Positions 38,731-47,074 of a stretch of DNA of 64,000 nucleotides are shown piece by piece. The DNA comes from Bacillota bacterium (GTDB lineage: Bacteria; Bacillota; Clostridia; Acetivibrionales; DTU013): the NCBI GenBank assembly GCA_023411575.1, contig JAEYOP010000018.1:8441-72440 (forward strand). The letters run 5' to 3'. The notes under the pieces were generated by a model that did no database searches, was not told the origin of the DNA, and worked only from the letters and a program-made list of their open reading frames with translations. Position 1 is the stretch's first letter, and every line of letters starts with the position of its first letter. The position numbers and the translations under genes are program-made.

Positions 38731-39876
38731 ATGTATTCTGATGGGTTGAGTAAATCAAGTTTAAGCTGGTCTGCCCGCATGTCGGATTCCGTTATGGCAA
38801 GAGATCCGATTTTGCCGTTCCGGTGGTCCTATGATTACGGCGTGGTTTTCAAGGGGATGGAGCAGGTCTGGCTTGCAAGCGGAGACCGGAAATATTTGGA
38901 CTATATCAAGAGGAACATGGATGAATACGTTGGGCCGGACGGAGCGATAAAAGGCTATAGCATGGAGGAGTACAACATCGACTATGTCAACAACGGCAAA
39001 ATCCTCCTGCTGCTTTACCGGCAAACCGGCCAGGAGCGTTACAGGAAGGCGGCGGAGACTCTGCGCAGGCAGTTGGAGGGCCATCCCCGAACAACGGAGG
39101 GCGGCTTCTGGCACAAAAAAATCTATCCCCGCCAGATGTGGCTTGACGGTATTTATATGGGAGTGCCTTTTTATGCCGAGTTTGCCCGCTTGTTCGGCGG
39201 GTCGGCGGATTTTGACGACGCGGCAAAGCAAATCCTGCTGATAGCCGGGCACGCCAGGGATCCCGGGACCGGCCTGTACTATCATGGATGGGATGAAAGC
39301 CGCGGGCAGAAATGGTCGAATCCGGAGACCGGCTGTTCACCGAATTTCTGGGGAAGGGCAGAAGGCTGGTTCATGATGGCCGTGGCGGATGTGCTGGATT
39401 TTTTACCGACGGAACACAAGGACAGGGGAGGGATTGTAGAGCTCCTGAAGGAGTTGATTTCCGCAGTCGGGCGGGTGCAGGACAAGGAAACCGGACTCTG
39501 GTACCAGGTGCTGGACAGGGGCGGCAGCCCGGGGAACTATCCCGAGGCGTCCGCATCCTGCATGTTTGTCTATGGGATTGCGAAAGCGGCGGCAATGGGC
39601 TATATCGGACGCGAGGAAGGGGAAGTAGCTATACGTGGGTTCGGGGGTATTCTTGACCGGTTTGTGGAAACGGATGCCGACGGACTGGTAAGCTTGACAG
39701 GTACCTGCGAGGTAGCGGGCTTGGGAGGCGATCCCTACAGAGACGGAACCTACGATTATTATATCCATGAACGGATAAAGCGGAATGATTTAAAGGGGAT
39801 CGGCGCGTTCATTCTTGCAGCCACGCAGGTGGAAAAGCTTGCTGCGAACCGGGATTCCGGCGTTTCGGGCCGGTAG
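38731..39876 (+). CDS. Glycoside hydrolase family 105 (unsaturated rhamnogalacturonyl hydrolase, YteR/YesR-like)
   Basis: Conserved GH105 blocks are present: WSYDYGVVFKGMEQVW, GGFWHKKIYPRQMWLDGIYMG, YYHGWDES and NFWGRAEGW. The start is uncertain (38719 or 38731). Confidence 0.85.
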   Translation: MYSDGLSKSSLSWSARMSDSVMARDPILPFRWSYDYGVVFKGMEQVWLASGDRKYLDYIKRNMDEYVGPDGAIKGYSMEEYNIDYVNNGKILLLLYRQTGQERYRKAAETLRRQLEGHPRTTEGGFWHKKIYPRQMWLDGIYMGVPFYAEFARLFGGSADFDDAAKQILLIAGHARDPGTGLYYHGWDESRGQKWSNPETGCSPNFWGRAEGWFMMAVADVLDFLPTEHKDRGGIVELLKELISAVGRVQDKETGLWYQVLDRGGSPGNYPEASASCMFVYGIAKAAAMGYIGREEGEVAIRGFGGILDRFVETDADGLVSLTGTCEVAGLGGDPYRDGTYDYYIHERIKRNDLKGIGAFILAATQVEKLAANRDSGVSGR

Positions 39877-39968
39877 AGGCTGCTGCGGAAATAGACCGGA
39901 AATAGAAATGAATCGGAAGCAAAATAAATGGGAAACAAAGTGAATCGGAAGCATAGAGGGAAAACAAC

Positions 39969-41282
39969 ATGATAGCAAATATAAAAGAGTACGGCGCCTT
40001 ACCGATTGGTGCAGAGGAAAGGGAAATACTTCGGGACAGTCCGGCCTTGTGCACGGAAGCGTTCCGCAGGGCAATCGACGCCTGTGCCGGGGAAGGGGGC
40101 GGCACTGTGTACGTTCCCGCCGGTATTTACTTCACGGGGGCCATCCATTTGAAGAGCAATATTTGCCTCTACCTGGAACCCGGTGCGGTGATCCGCTTTT
40201 CCAGAGAGGAACGGGACTATCCGCTGGTGCATACGCGCTGGGAAGGGGTGGAGCGCGAGGTATATTCACCGCAGGTTTTCGGGGAAAACCTGGAGAATGT
40301 ATCTATCAGCGGATACGGTACGCTGGACGGCCAGGGCGATGCCTGGTGGGGTCTGGTATTTTCCGACGGGCTCCGGTATCCAAGACCCAGGCTGATCCAT
40401 TTTGTGAACTGCAAGGGCGTACGGATCGAGGGCGTCAAGCTTGTCTGTTCACCGAGTTGGACGGTTCATCCTCTGCTGTGTGAAAATGTCACCATACAGA
40501 ATATCACGATACAAAATCCGCCGGATTCGCCCAATACGGACGGCATCAATCCCGAATCCTGCAGGAACGTCCATATTTCCAACTGCCATGTGGATGTGGG
40601 GGATGATTGCATTACCATAAAATCCGGGGTGGAGGACTGCCCGGAAAAAATACCCTGCGAAAACATTACCATCACCAACTGCATCCTGGTTCACGGCCAT
40701 GGAGGCGTCGTCATCGGCAGCGAAATGAGCGGCGGGATACGAAATGTGGTGATCAGCAACTGCGTATTCGAAGGAACCGACAGGGGAATCCGCATGAAAT
40801 CCAGGCGGGGACGGGGCGGCATTGTCGAAGATATAAGGGTGGACAATCTCGTCATGAAATCGGTCCTCTGTCCCATTGTCTTGCACCTGTTCTATTTTTG
40901 CGGTCCGAAAGGGAAGGACCGGTATGTGTGGGATAAAAGCGCATACCCTGTCAATGAAGGGACTCCGGCCTTCCGAGGGATTCATTTCAGCAATATTACG
41001 GCACGGCAGGTCCGTGCTTGCGCCGGTTTTATCTATGGCTTGCCGGAGATGCCCATCGAGGAGGTCATCCTGTCGGACATTACGGTAGAGCTGGCGGAAA
41101 ATGCCGAGCCCGGCCTGCCTGCAATGATGAGCGACCTGGAACCCATGAGCGGCAGAGGCTTTATCTGCTGCAACGTGAAGGAGCTTTCCTTCGACCGCGT
41201 ACGGATCCGGAACCAAACAGGGCCGGCCTTCGAGATCAGCAATGGGACCAATGTGAGCCTGCCCCGGGAGGTGCGGGAATGA
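39969..41282 (+). CDS. Glycoside hydrolase family 28 (polygalacturonase / rhamnogalacturonase-type)
   Basis: All four GH28 blocks are present: NTDGINPESC, VGDDCITIKSG, GHGGVVIGSE and RGIRMKS. Confidence 0.9.
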   Translation: MIANIKEYGALPIGAEEREILRDSPALCTEAFRRAIDACAGEGGGTVYVPAGIYFTGAIHLKSNICLYLEPGAVIRFSREERDYPLVHTRWEGVEREVYSPQVFGENLENVSISGYGTLDGQGDAWWGLVFSDGLRYPRPRLIHFVNCKGVRIEGVKLVCSPSWTVHPLLCENVTIQNITIQNPPDSPNTDGINPESCRNVHISNCHVDVGDDCITIKSGVEDCPEKIPCENITITNCILVHGHGGVVIGSEMSGGIRNVVISNCVFEGTDRGIRMKSRRGRGGIVEDIRVDNLVMKSVLCPIVLHLFYFCGPKGKDRYVWDKSAYPVNEGTPAFRGIHFSNITARQVRACAGFIYGLPEMPIEEVILSDITVELAENAEPGLPAMMSDLEPMSGRGFICCNVKELSFDRVRIRNQTGPAFEISNGTNVSLPREVRE

Positions 41283-42253
41283 TAACGGTAGCGGCGGATG
41301 GGAAGGGTGATTTCCGGACGGTTCAGGCGGCAGTGGACGCCGTCCCGGACGAAAGCACGGACAAAACCCGGATTTATATAAAAAACGGGATTTACCGGGA
41401 AAAGGTAGCCATAACAAAGTCCAATATCTCCCTGATCGGGGAGAGCGCGGAGCTTACCGTCCTGACCCATGGTGATTATGCGGCCATGACGGATGCCTCC
41501 GGAGAACCGATCAACACCTTCTGGACCTATACGCTCTTTGCGGGTGGGAACGATTTCACTGCAGAAAATCTGACGATTGAAAATTCAGCCGGACCCGGAA
41601 GCCGGGTAGGGCAGGCGATCGCTGCCTATGTGGACGGCGACCGGGCCGTTTTTCGAAACTGCAGGCTGCTGGGCCATCAGGACACCCTTTTTACCGGCCC
41701 TTTGCCGCCCTATCCTTTGGCCGTGAAGAAGTTCGGGGGACCGAGAGAGGGACAGCCCAGGAGGAGCAGCAGGCAATATTACGAGAACTGCCGGATCAAA
41801 GGAGAGGTGGATTTTATTTTCGGTTCCGCTGCGGCCGTATTCCGCCGGTGTGAGATTGTCTCCGACGATCCGGGGGCGGATGCCTGCGGCTGGATAACGG
41901 CAGCCTCGACGCCGGAGGGGCAGGCGTTCGGATATGTGTTTATGGAGTGCAGACTGACCGGGGAAGCGCTGCCGCGATCCGTTTACCTTGGCAGGCCATG
42001 GCGGAATTTTGCGAAAACCGTATTTATCCGCTGCCATATGGGAGAGCACATCCGGGAAGAGGGCTGGGACAACTGGCAGAAGCCGGAATGCGAGCAAACA
42101 GTGCTGTATGCCGAATATGGATGTACAGGCCCCGGAAGCACGCCGGGCAGCCGGGTGGGATGGTCGAAAAAGTTTACGGCGGAGGAAGCGGAACAGTACA
42201 GTGTGGAGAACGTCCTGCGGGGCGAAGACGGCTGGAAGATCAAATTGATTTAA
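41279..42253 (+). CDS. Pectin methylesterase (carbohydrate esterase family 8)
   Basis: The CE8 motifs GHQDTLF, GEVDFIFG and YLGRPW are present. The ATG at 41279 overlaps the GH28 stop (ATGA). The track's upstream extension to 41018 overlaps GH28 out of frame. Confidence 0.85.
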   Translation: MITVAADGKGDFRTVQAAVDAVPDESTDKTRIYIKNGIYREKVAITKSNISLIGESAELTVLTHGDYAAMTDASGEPINTFWTYTLFAGGNDFTAENLTIENSAGPGSRVGQAIAAYVDGDRAVFRNCRLLGHQDTLFTGPLPPYPLAVKKFGGPREGQPRRSSRQYYENCRIKGEVDFIFGSAAAVFRRCEIVSDDPGADACGWITAASTPEGQAFGYVFMECRLTGEALPRSVYLGRPWRNFAKTVFIRCHMGEHIREEGWDNWQKPECEQTVLYAEYGCTGPGSTPGSRVGWSKKFTAEEAEQYSVENVLRGEDGWKIKLI

Positions 42254-42276
42254 TCAAGGGGGAGTTTTGCTTGAGT

Positions 42277-43875
42277 ATGAGTATGCAGTTCATCCGGAAT
42301 CCGATCCTGAAGGGGTTCAACCCCGACCCATCCATTATCCGGGTGGGGGAGGATTACTATATTGCGAATTCCACGTTCCAATGGTTTCCCGGCGTACAGA
42401 TCCATCATTCGAGGGACCTTGCGCACTGGAGGCTCCTGACCAGGCCGCTGAGCCGCCTTTCCCAGCTGGACATGAAGGGAAACCTGTGCTCGGGGGGAGT
42501 GTGGGCGCCCTGCCTCACCTGGCATAACGGCGTATTTTACCTGGTGTACTCGGACTTGAAAAATATCAAAGGTACCTTCAAGGATTGCCATAATTATCTG
42601 GTCACGGCTACCGACATCGAGGGAGAATGGTCGGATCCCGTCTACCTGAACAGCAGCGGGTTCGATCCGTCCCTGTTCCATGACGACGACGGCCGCAAAT
42701 GGCTGGTAAACATGTATTGGGACCACAGGGGCGGAGGAGGAGGCCGGGAACGCTTTGGCGGCATTGTCCTCCAGGAATATTCGGAAAAGGAAAAGCGGAT
42801 GACCGGTCCGGTGAAGAATATCTTCAAAGGCTCTGCGCTTGGCGTGACGGAAGGCCCCCATCTGTACAAGCGGAACGGGTATTACTACCTGCTGACGGCG
42901 GAAGGCGGAACAGGAGATGGCCATGCGGTGACGGTGGCGAGGTCGAAGAAGATAGACGGTCCCTATGAGATCGATCCGACCAATCCCATATTGACGTCCG
43001 TGGGTCATCCGGATGCTGAGTTGAGGCGTTCGGGGCATGCCGATATCGTGGAAACCCGGGATGGGCAATGGTATATGGCGCACCTGTGCGCGAGACCCTT
43101 GAAGAAATCGGGGAGATGCGTGCTGGGGCGTGAAACGGCAATCCAAAAGGTGACCTGGACCGAGGACGGATGGCTGAGGACCGAGGATGGCGGGAATAGG
43201 CCGAAGCTTGCAGTGAAGGCGCCGGGCCTTCCGGAATGCCCGTGGGAACCGGGGCCCCTGCGGGATGATTTTGATTCGGAAAAGTTGAATATTCATTTCC
43301 AGTCCCTTCGCATTCCGTTGGGAGAGGATATTCTTACCCTGAAGGAAAGGCCCGGGTATTTAAGGCTGAAGGGGAAGGAGTCGTTGAACTCCCGTTTTAC
43401 GCAGGCGCTTGTGGCAAGGCGCCAGCAGGCGTTTTCCTATGCGGCTTCCACCTGCATGGAGTTCGAGCCGGACAATTACAACCAGATGGCGGGACTGGTC
43501 TGCCTTTACGATGTGAACAACTTTTATTATTTGAAAGTCAGCCGCGACGAAAAGCTCGGCAAGGCCATAGGAATCCTGAATTGTGATGAGGGCGTCTTTT
43601 ACCAGTCCCAGGAGCTGCTTGTCCCGGTGGAAGGGTGGAAACGCATTTATTTAAAGGTGGAAGTGAGGGAGGAAGAGCTCCGGTTTTTCTACTCGGCGGA
43701 CGGACAGGCATGGAAGCCCATAGGCGAGGTTTATGATGCCAGCAAGCTTTCCGACGACTATGGAACCACCAGCAATTTCACCGGCGCTTTTGCGGGGCTG
43801 TGCTGCCAGGACCTGGACGGGTCCTCGAAGCCGGCGGATTTTGATTTCTTTGAATATTCCGAGCTTTCCGATTAG
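42277..43875 (+). CDS. Glycoside hydrolase family 43 (beta-xylosidase / alpha-L-arabinofuranosidase, XynB-like)
   Basis: The N-terminus is NPILKGFNPDPSIIRVGEDYYIANSTF, followed by the five-bladed propeller blocks and a C-terminal beta-sandwich. The start follows SD AAGGGGGAG, and TTG 42271, ATG 42277 and ATG 42283 are all possible. Confidence 0.85.
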   Translation: MSMQFIRNPILKGFNPDPSIIRVGEDYYIANSTFQWFPGVQIHHSRDLAHWRLLTRPLSRLSQLDMKGNLCSGGVWAPCLTWHNGVFYLVYSDLKNIKGTFKDCHNYLVTATDIEGEWSDPVYLNSSGFDPSLFHDDDGRKWLVNMYWDHRGGGGGRERFGGIVLQEYSEKEKRMTGPVKNIFKGSALGVTEGPHLYKRNGYYYLLTAEGGTGDGHAVTVARSKKIDGPYEIDPTNPILTSVGHPDAELRRSGHADIVETRDGQWYMAHLCARPLKKSGRCVLGRETAIQKVTWTEDGWLRTEDGGNRPKLAVKAPGLPECPWEPGPLRDDFDSEKLNIHFQSLRIPLGEDILTLKERPGYLRLKGKESLNSRFTQALVARRQQAFSYAASTCMEFEPDNYNQMAGLVCLYDVNNFYYLKVSRDEKLGKAIGILNCDEGVFYQSQELLVPVEGWKRIYLKVEVREEELRFFYSADGQAWKPIGEVYDASKLSDDYGTTSNFTGAFAGLCCQDLDGSSKPADFDFFEYSELSD

Positions 43876-44982
43876 CTAGGAGGAAGGGAAGTGAACAAGG
43901 GATAAATCCTTCTCCGGCTTCACTGCAAGCCGGGTTATTTTATCCCTTAGTCTTTCCGCCATAACAGGAGCTTCCATCAAGGGCTTGTTTTCTTTACCGT
44001 GCAGAAACGGTAGAAGCTGATGCCAAAGAGCTTGATAGATAGCCTGGACGCCATTGGGATTGGCCGTGGTATCTCCTTCGGTTGCGAGGATGAAGTCATG
44101 ATCGGGCAAACATATAGCCAGCTGCCCGCCTATGCCATATAATGCAAATCCGTTATTCCTGCATCTCCAGAACTGATACCCGTACCCTTGCCGTTCCTCG
44201 ACAGCAGGCTGCAAACAGGTATCGATCTGTTTTGCCGTTGCTTCCGTGATAAATTTTTCCGGAATGAGCTGCTTGCCTCGAAATCTTCCATTATGCATGC
44301 AAGTGTAGGCAACTTTCGCCACATCTCTTAAGGTACAGATCAGTCCCGAACCTCCCTGGCAAATCCCCAAAGGACAGGTGAGCCATTTGATGTTTTCCGA
44401 ACAGCCGAGTTCATTCAATAAGCTGCATCTTAGGTAGTCGAGCAGCGACATTCCGCTTAATCTTTCTACGAGTGCGGATAATACGTGAGTGGATGAAGTA
44501 TCGTAGGCAAAGCTGGTACCCGGATAACGAACCGGATGCACCGCAAAAAAGGTTCTGACCCAATCCTCACAGGACATCTGCTTATATGTGGTAAACTTGT
44601 GGGGGGAGGCCATACAAAGCATATCCTTTATGGTAGTCTCCCGGATATACGGATGGACCCCTTCGGGGGGAAGCTTATCGGGAAAATAATCGCAAATACG
44701 GTCGTCAAGCGATAACTTTCCCTCTTCCTGTAATATTCCGATTGCAACAGAGGTGAAGCTTTTTCCTACGGAGTACATCCGATGCGGGAAATCCGCGTCA
44801 AATGGGGCATAATAGCCCTCGGCAAAAACCTTGCCGCCCTTGAGCAGGATAAATCCATGCATGCAGAGATCTTCCTGCTCTAATTCGTCTATGAATCCCA
44901 GTACGGATTCCGATGGAATTCCGACCGATTCCGGGGTCACAATATTCCAGTTCACGAGATCGTCTTCCGCATATTTTTTCAT
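43876..44982 (-). CDS. Serine hydrolase of the beta-lactamase/class-C fold (possible esterase)
   Basis: The SxxK motif is YSVGKSFTS. The ATG at 44982 follows SD GAAGGTGGGG. The stop codon abuts the GH43 stop with no spacer. Confidence 0.75.
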   Translation of the reverse strand: MKKYAEDDLVNWNIVTPESVGIPSESVLGFIDELEQEDLCMHGFILLKGGKVFAEGYYAPFDADFPHRMYSVGKSFTSVAIGILQEEGKLSLDDRICDYFPDKLPPEGVHPYIRETTIKDMLCMASPHKFTTYKQMSCEDWVRTFFAVHPVRYPGTSFAYDTSSTHVLSALVERLSGMSLLDYLRCSLLNELGCSENIKWLTCPLGICQGGSGLICTLRDVAKVAYTCMHNGRFRGKQLIPEKFITEATAKQIDTCLQPAVEERQGYGYQFWRCRNNGFALYGIGGQLAICLPDHDFILATEGDTTANPNGVQAIYQALWHQLLPFLHGKENKPLMEAPVMAERLRDKITRLAVKPEKDLSLVHFPSS

Positions 44983-45023
44983 ATCAATCCCCACCTTCTT
45001 TTTTTGGGCCGGTATCCATCCGG

Positions 45024-45842
45024 TCAGCACTGCCGATACAGATCACGGATAAACCGGATACTCCGGTCCACGGTTTCGGGGCGAGTGGATTCCATCGAAA
45101 CAGGAATAGGGTTTTTCCGGGTCTTAACCAGCTTTAAAAGCAGATCATAGTTCAGCAGACCGTCGCCGATCGTATCAATTACCTTTATACGGTTGTTTTC
45201 CATTTTAAAATCCTTCGCGTGGATGGCTGCAATCCTGTCTCCAAAAAGGTCGAAAGCTTTTCGCATCATCTCGTCCTGCCGGTGGTAATCTTCTTCTGGA
45301 ATCAGATTCACAGGATCAAACACTACTTGCAGATGATCGGAAGGAATCGAATCCAACAGGCGTTTCATCCACTCAGGGGAACCGATCGTATCTTGCCCTC
45401 CGCCTTCAATTCCGACCACGGCATCAAACTTTTCCGCCTCTGATACAAGCTCTTTTACAGTATCTGTGAGAATCCTGAAAGCACTTTCCCGCTCATGCGG
45501 TTCCACATGCCCCGTCTCTGTAGCAACCATGCTGCAGCCGAACTCCCGGACGTACCGGAGGTGTTCTTTAAATAGCGCAATCTGGTTCCTTCTCTCGGCG
45601 GGATCAGGATGGATGGGATTGATATAGCAGCCGAGAACAGCAATTTGTACATTTTTACGGGCGAAAGCCTCTCTTATTTGGTTTGCAAGTTCCGAAGCCA
45701 GAAATCCCGGCCCGGCCTGTATTCCCGCAACTGCTTTGGACAAGGCAAGCTGAGTGCAGCGAAGCCCTTTTGCCGAAATTTTCTCCGCTAATTCTTCGAC
45801 AGACAATTTTCCGAAGTCATGTGCTCTTATTCCCAGAATCAT
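45024..45842 (-). CDS. Xylose-isomerase-like TIM-barrel protein (sugar phosphate isomerase/epimerase family)
   Basis: About 272 aa beginning MILGIRAHDFGK after SD AGGGGG, with an AP-endonuclease-2/TIM-barrel pattern (…GCYINPIHPD…, …VATETGH…). I cannot assign a substrate. Confidence 0.7.
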   Translation of the reverse strand: MILGIRAHDFGKLSVEELAEKISAKGLRCTQLALSKAVAGIQAGPGFLASELANQIREAFARKNVQIAVLGCYINPIHPDPAERRNQIALFKEHLRYVREFGCSMVATETGHVEPHERESAFRILTDTVKELVSEAEKFDAVVGIEGGGQDTIGSPEWMKRLLDSIPSDHLQVVFDPVNLIPEEDYHRQDEMMRKAFDLFGDRIAAIHAKDFKMENNRIKVIDTIGDGLLNYDLLLKLVKTRKNPIPVSMESTRPETVDRSIRFIRDLYRQC

Positions 45843-47004
45843 ATGATTGCCCCCTGATATGGCCATTATTTCCCATAAAATAATTTTCAATTTCCGAACA
45901 GCCCAGGATAAACGCCCCAATGCCTTTTAAATCGTTATATTTCACAGGTGCATTGATATAATAATCATAAGTGCCGTCTCTATAGGGGATACCACCCAAG
46001 CCTGCAACCATGCAAGTACTTTTAAGATTGACATCACCCAGCGAGTCTACTTCCACGAAATGATTTCCTATTCCCTTGTATGCTTTCATTGCGGCTTCAA
46101 TATTCTCATCGCCCATATATCCTTTTCTGACTGCTTTTATTATGGCATACAAAAACATGCAGGATGCAGAGGCTTCCAGGTAATTTCCTTTTCGTGCGCC
46201 TTGATCCAGTACCTGGTACCATAATCCCGTTGACTGGTCTTGGACGGAAAGGATTGCCCCGATAATGCCCTTCACTATATCGATCATTTCTTTGCGGTCC
46301 TTATGGCTTTCAGGGAGGAAGTCCAAAGTATCCATAATTGCCATTGAGAACCACCCCAAGGAACGTCCCCAGAAATTAGGGGATACGCCGGTTTCCTTAT
46401 TGGCCCATTTTTGCTCTCTGCTCTCGTCCCATCCATGGTAGAGCAAGCCTGTTTTGGGCTCTCTCCCATGCCTGTTCATCAGAATGAATTGGTTTGCAAC
46501 ATCATCAAATGCCCCAGGCTCATGAAAAAGTTCTGCAAACTCAGCGTAAAACGGCGCACCCATGTACAGCCCGTCCAGCCACATCTGATGGGGATATATG
46601 GCCTTATGCCAGAAGCCGCCCTCACTGGTTCTCGGATGAGTGTCCAGTTGGCTTCGTAAAAGATAGGCGGCCTTTTTGTACTTCATTTCTCCGGTTTGTT
46701 TATATAGGAGTAAAAGCAGCTTTCCATTATTGATATGGTCAATATTATATTCGCCCGGAGAATAGGTTTTTATATTTCCGTCGTTGTCGAGGAACTGATC
46801 CATATTTCTCTTAATATAATTGTAGTAATCGATGTTTCCCGTCATTAACCATACCTGCTCCATCCCTTTAAAGACAACACCATAATCATAGGACCAGTGT
46901 TCAGGCAAAACCGGATCCCGTTTTATAACGGAATCACACATCCTGACGGCCCATTGCCGGACATCTGTTTTAAATTGATTTGTTCTGTTGCTTTCCGTCT
47001 TCAA
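45817..47004 (-). CDS. Glycoside hydrolase family 105, second paralogue
   Basis: It carries the same GH105 blocks as 38731-39876 (WSYDYGVVFKGMEQVW, GGFWHKAIYPHQMWLDGLYMG, YHGWDES, NFWGRSLGW). Its 3' end overlaps the next gene's start by 26 nt. Confidence 0.85.
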   Translation of the reverse strand: MKTESNRTNQFKTDVRQWAVRMCDSVIKRDPVLPEHWSYDYGVVFKGMEQVWLMTGNIDYYNYIKRNMDQFLDNDGNIKTYSPGEYNIDHINNGKLLLLLYKQTGEMKYKKAAYLLRSQLDTHPRTSEGGFWHKAIYPHQMWLDGLYMGAPFYAEFAELFHEPGAFDDVANQFILMNRHGREPKTGLLYHGWDESREQKWANKETGVSPNFWGRSLGWFSMAIMDTLDFLPESHKDRKEMIDIVKGIIGAILSVQDQSTGLWYQVLDQGARKGNYLEASASCMFLYAIIKAVRKGYMGDENIEAAMKAYKGIGNHFVEVDSLGDVNLKSTCMVAGLGGIPYRDGTYDYYINAPVKYNDLKGIGAFILGCSEIENYFMGNNGHIRGQSYDSGNKST

Positions 47005-47074
47005 TTTCTAAAACCTCCTTTACTGGATTTGATAAGAATTTATGCTTGCGGAATTGCTCTTCTCAATGCATGAC

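Noticed and set aside
41018-41278. Upstream extension of the pectinesterase ORF suggested by the track (411 aa).
   Set aside because: The extension overlaps the 3' end of the GH28 gene in another frame and translates to R/G/P-rich sequence. The ATG at 41279, coupled to the GH28 stop, gives a normal CE8 N-terminus (MITVAADGKGDF...).
41947-42276. Upstream extension of the GH43 ORF (642 aa in the track).
   Set aside because: The extension overlaps the CE8 coding region out of frame. The conserved GH43 N-terminus (NPILKGFNPDPS) begins right after SD AAGGGGGAG near 42271-42283.
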